Below, piece by piece: positions 22,671 through 36,281 of a DNA stretch of 43,368 bases. Within the stretch, counting starts at the first letter, position 1. Every line of letters begins with the position of its first letter. Source of the stretch: Eledone cirrhosa (lineage: Eukaryota); assembly GCA_964016885.1 (NCBI GenBank), contig CAXHJY010001314.1, positions 1-43,368 on the forward strand. The letters run 5' to 3'. The notes beneath the pieces were generated by a model. That model searched no databases, had not been told where the DNA came from, and was given only the letters and a program-made list of their open reading frames with translations. Position numbers and translations under genes: made by a program.

Positions 22671-23230
22671 TAAACATGTTATCCCTTTCATAGTAACTAA
22701 TGAAGAAAAACTGCTTATGACTTTCAAATAATTTTGAAAATAATCAAGAATTAGGAGAGATTTAGCAATATAACTTTCTCTTTAAGCTGGTGTTTGGAGA
22801 CAGAAGGTTTTAAACATTTTAAAATAAACACTTTTGTATCATAGAACCAGGGCCAGTTTCAGCAAATTTGGTATCAAAAAGTGATTAAAAATTATGGACA
22901 TATTCAATAATCTAGTCCGAAATACATGCTTACAGAGCAAAGAGAGAATAGTCATGGCTAAAACATTTAGCAGAGGTCTATTGTATCCTGTCTGACTTGG
23001 GGCCTGAACATTTACAGGGGTCTGTTGTATTGTATTAAGTCTGGCTTGAGGTCCAAATATTTACCACAGTTCAGTTGGATCAAGTCTGACTTGGGGCCCA
23101 AACAACACTAAATCTCCTTCAAATCAAACCCTACCATTTAAACTAGATATGTAGTTCTAAATACACTATATTTGAAAACTGAATGAGATGAACACTATAA
23201 TGTCTTTAATGACAGGTTAGCTGGATTAAG

Positions 23231-23721
23231 TTAACCCTTTAGCATTCACTGCCAAGCCTATTTTAAACAATTTTTAAAGGTAGGTACTCACAAAAATTTG
23301 GAACTTTATTATATTAACTCTGTGACATATTTCCCTTTATAAATCCAAAATCCGAAATAAAATAATTGATTTGTGCATGAAAAGAGTATTTAAAACATTT
23401 TCTAATAAACACTTCTATTTATATTAGATTCTTCCCAATTCAATTTTATCAATTAACTTTAAGCTGCATCTAATGTCAGGCTCTGTGTTGGGAAACCCCA
23501 TCTGTTGAAAACGATATAGTTAACTATTAACTGACCCCAGAACAGTAGCACATGAAGGTTTGTAGCATAAACTGCATTACTATGATTCAGTAGTATATCA
23601 TGAAGGGGATCAGCAAATTAACATGGCAGCATTAGAATAAATGCTGTTTAAGATGTAAAATAATTTTGTTTGCTTAAGAATATAAAGTATATTTTCTATT
23701 ATTACAATATGAAATTTTGTA

Positions 23722-23794
<73 letters not shown>

Positions 23795-24325
23795 GTACCC
23801 GACCTCCCATGGGTACATGCTGAAGTATATAAACAATATGCCCCCACACCCCCCACCGCAAGGTGGTCGTGGAGGTGCCACGGCAAAAAAGCACCCAGCC
23901 CACACTGTAAAGTGGACGTGTAGGCGCCACGAAAAAGCACCCACCACTCACTGTAAATGAGGTTGGTGTTAGGAAGGACATCCAGCTGTAGAAATCAAGC
24001 CAGATCAGTTCCTGTATGAGCAAGGCATGGTCAGCCGACCAGACACTGCACACAACAGGACAACCCGTCTAACCCATGCTAGCGTGGAAGAACGGACGTA
24101 AAACGGTGATGATGATGATGATGATGATGACTCTATATATACTATTATATTTTCATGGTAAAGGCTTTACCTCACATAATTATCTCACATAATATCGAAT
24201 CTATGAGATTTTGAAAGTATTTATTTTGAGAACAATACCTTAACATCAGTATGAGTGGCCAGTTACAGCCAGTTTCAACAGAAAGACGTAGAGAATTCTG
24301 GCCGGTTTGAACATTAAAGAGTTAA
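23231..24325 (+). mobile_element. piggyBac-like non-autonomous element with nested (TA)n and RTE-derived insertion
   Basis: TTAAccctttagcattca ... tgaacattaaagagTTAA; right part matches 10860-11040. Confidence 0.6.
23791..24130 (+). mobile_element. RTE-derived non-autonomous element with duplicated 5' UTR module
   Basis: ggttggtgttaggaaggacatccagctgtagaaa; tail cccgtctaacccatgctagcgtggaagaacggacgtaaaacg(GAT)n. Confidence 0.8.
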
Positions 24326-24493
24326 ACAACACCATTACCATTGCTATACATAGTCCGTAACTCCTGAGGAAGTTGTAGGAGTGCCGTATGTCAAAACAAC
24401 ATTTCTAGAGCATTTTTTAAACCTGGTGGACCCCAGGTCTGAATACAGATTTCTTTGAGAGAAGGATAGAATGAAAGAGAGAAAGAGATATAG

Positions 24494-24590
24494 AGGGAAA
24501 ATCGACCCCAGTACTTGACTGGTACTTTTTTTATTGACCTGGAATGGATGAAAGGCAAAGTTGACCTCAGCGGGATTTGAACTCAGAGTC
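24494..24590 (-). mobile_element. Partial SINE family A
   Basis: ggatgaaaggcaaagttgacctcagcgggatttgaactcaga. Confidence 0.7.
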
Positions 24591-24727
24591 GGAATGAATA
24601 CAAAAAAAATGTTGAAAAAGACTGCTTCAAATAATGTGATTCTAGATTCAGCTTATTTGATAAATGGGATTATCACAACTGAAATGTTATTTGATCAACA
24701 GGATCAAGAGTGATCTGGTATAAACTG

Positions 24728-24965
24728 ACACCACCACCACAGATACCACCACCACAAGTATCACAACACCACTTCCACCACAACCATCACAACACCACCT
24801 CCATCACAACCACCACAACTACCACACCACCACAACAAACCAACACCACCACCACAACTATCACACCACCACCATCACACTACCACCACCACCACAATCG
24901 CAGATACCACCACTATCACCACAGATACCACCAACACCACCACCACCACCATTGACACCAACAAC
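24728..24965 (+). repeat. Degenerate (CAC)n microsatellite
   Basis: Direct reading. Confidence 0.9.
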
Positions 24966-25275
24966 ATCAGCTTTAAACCAGAATTCAAGTGCTATAGAAA
25001 CTTTGAAATAAACCATAAATTATTTATTTAATGCTGTTTATCTTCACCAACATTAATATTGAATTAAAGAAGAGAGTGTAAACTTGTTTCTGGTAAATCA
25101 CCTTCGAGGCTTCTAATCCTGCTGGACGAGAAAGAGACAGAATTCTTTTTAGAATTATTTAAACAATTCTGATAACAATGTCTTCTCAACTAACACCTTA
25201 TTCTCAACACATTAATCAATCCACACTTGACAGAACTGGACTAATGTATTATCGTGTGGATATTATGGTATAGTA

Positions 25276-25510
25276 GGATGTGTGGTCTAGTGGTAAATGT
25301 GTTGGACTTACAATCATAATGTCATGGGTTTGATTCCTGGACAGGGTTGTGTGTTGTGTTCTTGAGCAAAACACTTCATTTCACATTGCTCCAGTATAGC
25401 TGAAAATAAGTACCAGCAATAGCTGGGGAGTTTAACCCTGCAATGGACTGTCATCATGTCCAGGGGAGAATCTGGTACTCCCAGTCACTTCACACCATGA
25501 AACAGACTTA
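25276..25510 (+). mobile_element. SINE family B, single-unit form
   Basis: Collinear with 14515-14750. Confidence 0.8.
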
Positions 25511-25635
25511 TTAAATGGTATAATAGAGCTTCTACTCTCTTTAACCCTTCACCACAATATTTCTCATGAGAGACACTGTCTAGGATTTTTAATTAATCGA
25601 ATATTTTGAAGGATTTAGTTACTCTATTATTATTA

Positions 25636-26114
25636 CTAGCAGAAAACCACCCTTAGGGTCGTTTTCTGCTAGCACATGTAGTGTGTATATTGATATTATA
25701 TGCAGGTATATATACATGTAGATATGATATATCAAATAACATCATAATTGACACTATACACAGAAATTGAACGAAGACTGTGTTACACTGTCTTATGTAA
25801 TCAGTAACGTAATCCATGATACATTAAAAAAATACGATATTATATATAAACTGCATTAGGAGAAAATTAGTGACGGAAATATATGAATGTTTATTTAAGC
25901 GATCGCTAACCGGAAGTGTTGACATTTGAACATTTTAAAGAAGTGAATCTTTAAATAAACAAAATATCTTTAAACAACAACTATGAAATTTAGTAGATAA
26001 ATTATGTAATATTCATTCATTATTTATTCAAAGTAATCCAACTTATTTTACTAATGGGATAAAAAATTATAAACCGGACGCAGTCCCGCACTCTTTACTT
26101 TCTTATAGTTTAGA
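25636..26114 (-). mobile_element. Non-autonomous Helitron with palindromic 3' end
   Basis: Minus strand A|TCtaaactataagaaagtaaagag ... terminal hairpin 25636-25672 ending CTAG|T. Confidence 0.65.
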
Positions 26115-26504
26115 TATGTTCCAGCTGAGAGGCTGAAGCCATGCTGGGGCACTGCCATTAATGCTACACTTTCTACAACCAGCCTTCCCTGGTTGGCCAT
26201 TGATTCAAAAGGGAATTTGTTGCTGCTGCCCTTATTTGTCCTTCCCTTCATGCTGTGGGTTCATCCGGGATCTTGGTCAGTAGAATGTCAAGATGTCTCT
26301 TGAAAACATCCACATGCACACCATATAGATCTCAGATGTTTTTGAAGCATATTAATAACTTTTTTATTATTAAACTGCTGTTTGAAACATAACTTAACAT
26401 AGGTTAACATAAATATAAACAGCTTATTATGGTAGAACATGGGACAGTTTGAGGTGGGTTGGTATAGGAAGGGTTCATCCTTAAGACCAAAACAGTGATA
26501 TGTC

Positions 26505-26760
26505 ATCATTGAATTGAGAGATCACAGTTCCAATGGTTAGAATGTCTCAGGAAAGAATCATTGTACAGATTTTACAAGCAAAACCAACTGGCAGAAGACC
26601 CAGGAGTAGACCCCAAACAAGACGATTTTGATAACATCCATGAGTTCGGCTGGTCTTGGGGATCCAGTCGGATTTGTTGGAGACGGTTGCTTCCGACAGG
26701 ACCGGCTAGAAGGAGTGTTTCAGGTCTCTGCCCCTCCACGACCCTCTGAGGTCACCTAGA
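26505..26760 (+). mobile_element. 3' remnant of a Rex3/Expander-like RTE LINE
   Basis: Reads approximately RMSQERIIVQILQAKPTGRRPRSRPQTR..FDNIHEFGWS..GIQSDLLETVASDRT.WKECFRSLP. Confidence 0.75.
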
Positions 26761-28468
26761 GACGGTTGCTTCCGACAGGACCCGCTGGAAGGAGTGTTTC
26801 AGGTCTCTGCTCCTCCACGACCCTCTGAGGTCACCTAGAGACGGTTGCTTCCGACAGGACCCGCTGGAAGGAGTGTTTCAGGTCTCTGCAACCCCACGAC
26901 CCTCTGAGATCACCTAGAGATGGTTGCTTCCGACAGGACCCGCTGGAAGGAGTGTTTCAGGTCTCTGCTCCTCCACGACCCTCTGAGATCACCTAGAGAT
27001 GGTTGCTTCCGACAGGACCCGCTGGAAGGAGTGTTTCAGGTCTCTGCTCCTCCACGACCCTCTGAGATCACCTAGAGACGGTTGCTTCCGACAGGACCCG
27101 CTGGAAGGAGTGTTTCAGGTCTCTGCTCCTCCACGACCCTCTGAGGTCACCTAGAGATGGTTGCTTCCGACAGGACCCGCTGGAAGGAGTGTTTCAGGTC
27201 TCTGCTCCTCCACGACCCTCTGAGATCACCTAGAGACGGTTGCTTCCGACAGGACCCGCTGGAAGGAGTGTTTCAGGTCTCTGCTCCTCCACGACCCTCT
27301 GAGGTCACCTAGAGATGGTTGCTTCCGACAGGACCCGCTGGAAGGAGTGTTTCAGGTCTCTGCTCCTCCACGACCCTCAGGTCACCTAGAGACGGTTGCT
27401 TCCGACAGGACCCGCTGGAAGGAGTGTTTCAGGTCTCTGCCCCTCCACGACCCTCTGAGGTCACTTAGAGATGGTTGCTTCCGACAGGACCGGCTAGAAG
27501 GAGTGTTTCAGGTCTCTGCTCCTCCACGACCCTCTGAGGTCACCTAGAGACGGTTGCTTCCGACAGGACCGGCTAGAAGGAGTGTTTCAGGTCTCTGCCC
27601 CTCCACGACCCTCTGAGGTCACCTAGAGACGGTTGCTTCCGACAGGACCGGCTGGAAGGAGTGTTTCAGGTCTCTGCCCCTCCACGACCCTCTGAGGTCA
27701 CCTAGAGACGGTTGCTTCCGACAGGACCCGCTGGAAGGAGTGTTTCAGGTCTCTGCAACCCCACGACTCTCTGAGGTCACCTAGAGACGGTTGCTTCCGA
27801 CAGGACCGGCTAGAAGGAGTGTTTCAGGTCTCTGCCCCTCCACGACCCTCTGAGGTCACCTAGAGACGGTTGCTTCCGACAGGACCGGCTGGAAGGAGTG
27901 TTTCAGGTCTCTGCCCCTCCACGACCCTCTGAGGTCACCTAGAGACGGTTGCTTCCGACAGGACCGGCTAGAAGGAGTGTTTCAGGTCTCTGCCCCTCCA
28001 CGACCCTCTGAGGTCACCTAGAGACGGTTGCTTCCGACAGGACCCGCTGGAAGGAGTGTTTCAGGTCTCTGCCCCTCCACGACCCTCTGAGGTCACCTAG
28101 AGACGGTTGCTTCCGACAGGACCGGCTGGAAGGAGTGTTTCAGGTCTCTGCCCCTCCACGACCCTCTGAGGTCACCTAGAGATGGTTGCTTCCGACAGGA
28201 CCGGCTAGAAGGAGTGTTTCAGGTCTCTGCCCCTCCACGACCCTCTGAGGTCACCTAGAGACGGTTGCTTCCGACAGGACCCGCTGGAAGGAGTGTTTCA
28301 GGTCTCTGCTCCTCCACGACCCTCTGAGGTCACCTAGAGATGGTTGCTTCCGACAGGACCCGCTGGAAGGAGTGTTTCAGGTCTCTGCAACCCCACGACC
28401 CTCTGAGGTCACCTAGAGACGGTTGCTTGCGACAGGACCGGCTGGAAGGAGTGTTTCAGGTCTCTGCC
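26681..28468 (+). repeat. Minisatellite, 79-bp unit, about 22.5 copies
   Basis: Unit gagacggttgcttccgacaggacc(c/g)gct(g/a)gaaggagtgtttcaggtctctgc(c/t)cctccacgaccctctgaggtcaccta; no spacers. Confidence 0.98.
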
Positions 28469-29519
28469 TACATGGCCCTCTCGTTTTTGTGACAATGTTT
28501 TACAGCTGGATATCATTACTGACACCAATCCTTTTAACAGGCTTTTACGATACACATACATATGGTGTCTTAAAAAAAACAGGATATTCATAAATCTATA
28601 AAATTGAGGATTCAATTGTTTAACACAATTGCACCTTCACAGGTACTTATATACTCTCAGGTTTCAAACATCCCCCCTCCCCCTTGCTTATTAAATTTTG
28701 TTAATCTATCTCCAGTGAAATTTTATTTTAAGTGGTAGCATTCGTGTGACAATTATCTTTAGACATTAAATAACATTATACATGACAAAAAAGTATATTA
28801 CTAGAAATCCCATACATTATAAAATAGGATGGGTTGGGGTCTCAATATGTAAACTAATTGACTAGTTCTGGTTTTTTAAAGAATCTAGAGAGACAACCTC
28901 GAAAAAATACGGATTTTCTAAAGCCCTCCTCCCTGCTTAATCCATCCCTTCTATTATTTGAGACCCAAGAGTACATGCAATTCCTTCTAGAAGAAAAAAG
29001 GGTCCTCTCTCCACAGGTTTTCTAGTTGGTCTGCTATATGTCTAATTACCAGACATGTCAACTTTCTAGAATGATCCAGTTGATGTCATCCGTACATGAT
29101 TATGACAGTTGTAGATTAATAGTGCAATAAACCCACATTTTATCACATAATTCACACACATACACATGGATATATATATACCTAAAGTGTGTGTTGTGTG
29201 TGTACATACACACACACACAAATAAATACACACATACAGAGTAGGTGGATCAACCTCATATTAAAAGTGTCACCACCAGTTTGACAAGTTGCCAAAGATA
29301 TTTTATATTTCATTACTGTCTCTTCTTTTTAAATTACCTCTAGTACAACAGGTTCTAGTTTTTTGGTTGTTTCGGTATTGTATGGGTGGTTTTGCCTGCC
29401 GCAATGCCGCAATTTGTCAAGCTATCTAAACTTAATGTTATTACTCTGAGGACCTACCCTTATTGAAGGCCGACTTTGCTTGGCCACAGGCAAAGCTTCG
29501 ATTTTACTAAGCTTCCACT

Positions 29520-32036
<2,517 letters not shown>

Positions 32037-32038
<2 letters not shown>

Positions 32039-32472
32039 GGTGGCTGCCAACTCGTTTTCGAGTACAGCTACTACTTTATATCCATGTAGGAGAACCCCTA
32101 CCGATGCGCTGAACGAGTGTGACTTTTTAGTCCAGCCAGCGACTTGAAAACTCTGGTACAAACACTACACTTGTAACAATTATTGACACATAGTACTGGG
32201 CCCATGGTACCATGTGACGACAAGTGCAGAGAGATCTCCAGATATAATGCCTGTACCGTGAAGCTTTTATAGTGAGCAAAGGCACTGCACAAAGCCAGTC
32301 CCACTCTCTTAACCAAGATGATATTTACCAAAAAGAAGAACATAACAACATCATTCGATACCATCAGAGTTGCAGGTGTTATATCAGTTTTCCTTCTAGA
32401 ATTCTGCCTTAACAAAGGCTAAGGGGTCATCTCTCCCAGTGATTTTGGATGGCCATTGACTCTTAAGAGCTC
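32037..32472 (-). mobile_element. RTE-derived element family C, 5'-truncated
   Basis: Highly similar to 2932-3375; encodes [22 protein letters not shown]. Confidence 0.85.
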
Positions 32473-32473
32473 C

Positions 32474-32526
<53 letters not shown>

Positions 32527-32796
32527 GTGTATATATATATATATATATATACATACATATACGTGTATATATATATATATATATCCATACATATACATAT
32601 ATGTGTATATATATATATATATCCATACATATACATATATGTGTATATATATATATACATACATACATATACATATGTATATATATATACATACATACAT
32701 ATACATATATATGTGTCTATATATATATATATACATACATAAACATATATATGTGTATATATATATATATATACATACATACATATATATATGTGT
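32474..32796. repeat. (TA)n/(CATA)n microsatellite
   Basis: Direct reading. Confidence 0.95.
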
Positions 32797-33870
32797 ATCA
32801 TCATTGTCATCATCATCATCAACGTTTAACGTCCGTGTTCCACGCTTGCATGGGTTTGGACGGGGGTAGTCCCACTTGAGGCAAGAGTGATTGTCTTGCT
32901 CGCATAGGACTGTCTGGCAGGTTTTCTACAGTTGGATGCCCTTCCTAACACCAACCACATTTACAGTGTGGGTCTGGGAGGTTTTTACCGTGTTGCCTAC
33001 ACGGCCACATTACAGCGTGGACTGTGTGTTTTTTTGTCGTGACACCTACACGATCTCATTTGTTTCGGCCTGGATGGCGTGGCACCAACATAACTTTACA
33101 TAGAACGGGGTGGTGTGGATGGGGTGGGGGTGGTGGTGGTGGGACGGGGTGTATTTTGTTAGAGATGCCTACTGGCTGGAGTAGGTTTTACTATATATTT
33201 AGGTAAGGCGGGTCTTCTCTGTTACTGAGTACCGCCAAAGGTCTCGGTCCAGTGACATTGTCTTGGAGAGGTGTAAGTGTGTGATGTCGGAGTTTATCAG
33301 CTCGTCCCAGGTTTTTCTAGGTCTGCCTATTCCGTGACTACCGTCTATCTTTATTGCCCTGCACTTTGTTATACAGCTATCGACTTTCATGCGCATCACG
33401 TGTCCATACCAACGTAGCCTTCTCTCGAGTAAACAACATCTGATCCCTCTTATCTCTAATTTTTTCCTTAGTTCGTTTATGCTTTGCCGTTCACGTATAT
33501 TACTGTTACACATCCAGCGGAGCATGCAAGCTTCGTTCCTCTCTAGTCTGCGTATATCCTCTGCACACAATGCCCAGGTCTCACTGCCATGCAGCATTGC
33601 TGTTCGTATGCAGGCATCGTACAACCTGCCTTTCATTTTTAGGGAGAACCCTTTAGCAGCTAATAGTGGTATAAGCTCTCTGAACTTTTTCCAACCAGTT
33701 CTGACTCTAGCTACAGTACTTTCAGAGCACCCTCCCCCACTGCTGATTTTATCGCCCAGGTAACGGAAGCTGTCCACTATTTCTATAGAACCCTCTGCGC
33801 AATTGAAAGAGCTAGTATTTTATGGGCACTTGCTGCTACTTATTGCACCAAAGCACCGGCCACAGTATGT
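32797..33870 (-). mobile_element. 5'-truncated second RTE LINE family with extended 3' region
   Basis: ORF 33199-33777 is collinear with 10180-10785 (DSFRYLG, MLHGSETW, RRLRWYGHV, GRPRKTW); upstream YCGRC is the end of the finger; about 400 nt of 5' UTR-like modules and a (GAT)n tail follow. Confidence 0.9.
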
Positions 33871-33881
33871 ATATATAAATA

Positions 33882-33985
33882 ACATAGATAATAACTGGAA
33901 GTTCTTACGTGACAACTTGCTGAAGGCTACTGATGAAACCTGTGGCTGGAGCAGAGCTCCAACCAGACAGAGAGTGACCTGGTGG
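33882..33985 (+). mobile_element. Internal 104-bp fragment of the first RTE LINE family
   Basis: Differs from 8609-8712 at only a few positions. Confidence 0.9.
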
Positions 33986-33997
33986 ATATATTTAGGG

Positions 33998-34945
33998 CCC
34001 TAAATAAACATAATCTCAATATTAAGATAGTAGAAAGACCTGGTACCTCCGTAAAAACACTTATTAGCAAGACATACCCGTTCCAAAGACCCTCATGTAT
34101 AGATAAGAAATGTATAACCTGTAAAATAAGCCCCCATATTAACTGTAAAACTAGAAATGTAGTGTATAGCATAAGATGTACTGAAGGACAATGTAGAAAC
34201 AAAAATATAGTGTACATAGGTGAGAGGACAATGTAGAAACAAAAATATAGTGTACATAGGTGAGACAGCTCGTAGTATAGGGGAACGAATAAATGAACAC
34301 TGGCGAGACCTCCAAAATAATAAAGAATCATCTGTGCTCTACCAACATGCTAAGATAGAACACAGGGGTAGATCAGAGAGCATAGAAATAAAAATAGAAT
34401 CCACACACAGAAAAGACACAATGTATAGGCAAATTACAGAGGCAGTAAGCATAAAAGAATTAAAACCAAAATTAAATAGAAAATATGAGTGGAACAGCAA
34501 CATCACAACTTACAATTAAGGACAAAATGAAAACACACACACACATAGAACAAACAACCAACCAACAATAAATAAATAAATAAATAAATAAACAAATAGA
34601 AAAATATAAATAGAAAAATAGAAAAATGAACACAAACACACACAGACACCCGGATGTGGCGCATGCGCAAACTGAGCACACAACACACACACAGAAACAA
34701 AATGGCGTAGGATAGAAGAAAGGAAAGGCACAGAAACGAAGAAAGGAATCCCCAGTCACTGAAGAGGTCACAGAGTGTGTGACGAAAGGACTATGACTAT
34801 ATATATAAACAACTATCTGGTTGTGGAACCAACCAACCAACCAGAAATTTATAGGTTTGTAAATTTGTAAATATATAATAAATTGAAGTGAAAGCAACTG
34901 GTGCGTGTGTTTCTTATTGGCAACATGACCCTCCCAAAGTATAAC
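33998..34945 (+). mobile_element. 5'-truncated Penelope-like element (Neptune-like GIY-YIG endonuclease and 3' UTR)
   Basis: CIDKKCITC...NCKTRNVVYSIRCTEGQC...YIGETARSIGERINEH...RQITEAVSI...LN; hammerhead in the 3' UTR; ends at (TA)n. Confidence 0.88.
34754..34798 (+). ncRNA. Minimal type I hammerhead in the Penelope 3' UTR
   Basis: AGTCA CTGAAGA g GTCACA gagtg TGTGAC GAAA ggac TA TGACT. Confidence 0.8.
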
Positions 34946-35145
34946 AATATATATATATACATACATATATATATACATATATATACATATATATACATAT
35001 ATATATATACATATATATACACATATATATATATACATATAATGTATATATATATATATATACATACATATATATATACATATATATACATATATATATA
35101 TACATATATATATATACATATATATATATACATATATATATATAC

Positions 35146-35213
<68 letters not shown>

Positions 35214-35446
35214 ATATATACATACATACATATATATATATATATACATACATACATATATATATACATACATATATATATATATATATACATATATATA
35301 AGTAAATATCTTTAAGCCGTTTGGAAGCCTCGACAATGCAAATGGGTAAATCTCCGGGTAACAAGGTCCGGTGGTGGAGAGAGAGATGTAAGTGGGTGTA
35401 CGTTGAGATGCGTATATGTATGTATGTATATATATATATGTATGTG

Positions 35447-35513
<67 letters not shown>

Positions 35514-35542
35514 GTATATATATATGTATGTATATATATATG

Positions 35543-35573
<31 letters not shown>

Positions 35574-35730
35574 GTATATATATATATGTATATATATATA
35601 TGTATATACATATATGTATGTATATATATATATATATGTATATATATATGTATATATATATGTATGTATATATGTATGTATATATGTATGTATATATATG
35701 TATATATATATGTATGTATACATATATATG

Positions 35731-35761
<31 letters not shown>

Positions 35762-35885
35762 GTATGTATATATATGTATATATATATATGTATATATATA
35801 TATATGTATGTATGTATATATATATATATATATATGTATGTATATATATGTATATATATATGTATGTATATATATGTATATATTA
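34946..35885. repeat. (TA)n/(CATA)n and (TATG)n tracts around a unique island at 35300-35412
   Basis: Left tract is CA-interrupted, right tract is TG-interrupted. Confidence 0.95.
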
Positions 35886-36281
35886 TGTCAGGTCACCAGT
35901 TGGTGCTACTGGTAACATGTATCCCAGTACAACCTGTTTCATGGTCGGGTCGTTGGCGACTAAACTGGCAACCCCACCAAGTTTTCTTGGTGAGGAGGGT
36001 GACTTTGGACATCCTTCAGGACTAAAAACAAAACCTAAGAGTCAATGGCCATCCAAAATCACCGGGAGAGATGACCCCTTAGCCTTTGTCAAGGCAGAAT
36101 TCTAGGAGAAGGAAAACTCTGATATAACACCTGCAACCCTGATGGTATCCAATGATGTTGACTTGTTCTTCTTGTTGGTAAATATCATCTTGGTTAAGAG
36201 AGTGGGACTGGCTTTGTGCAGTGCCTTTGCTCATTATAAAAGCTTCACGGCACAGGCATTGCTTTATATCTGGAGATCTCT
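35886..36281 (+). mobile_element. RTE-derived element family C, 5' part only
   Basis: Reverse complement of about 3541-3126; stops at tggagatctct. Confidence 0.88.

Noticed and set aside
25102-25121. Possible 17-20 nt minus-strand micro-exon (polyY-CAGCAG...AAG|GTGATT)
   Set aside because: Not a multiple of 3 and weak donor; cannot be supported without reads.
26681-28468. CRISPR-like array
   Set aside because: Head-to-tail units with no unique spacers, no cas genes, eukaryotic context; same for 1-434 and 20687-21500.
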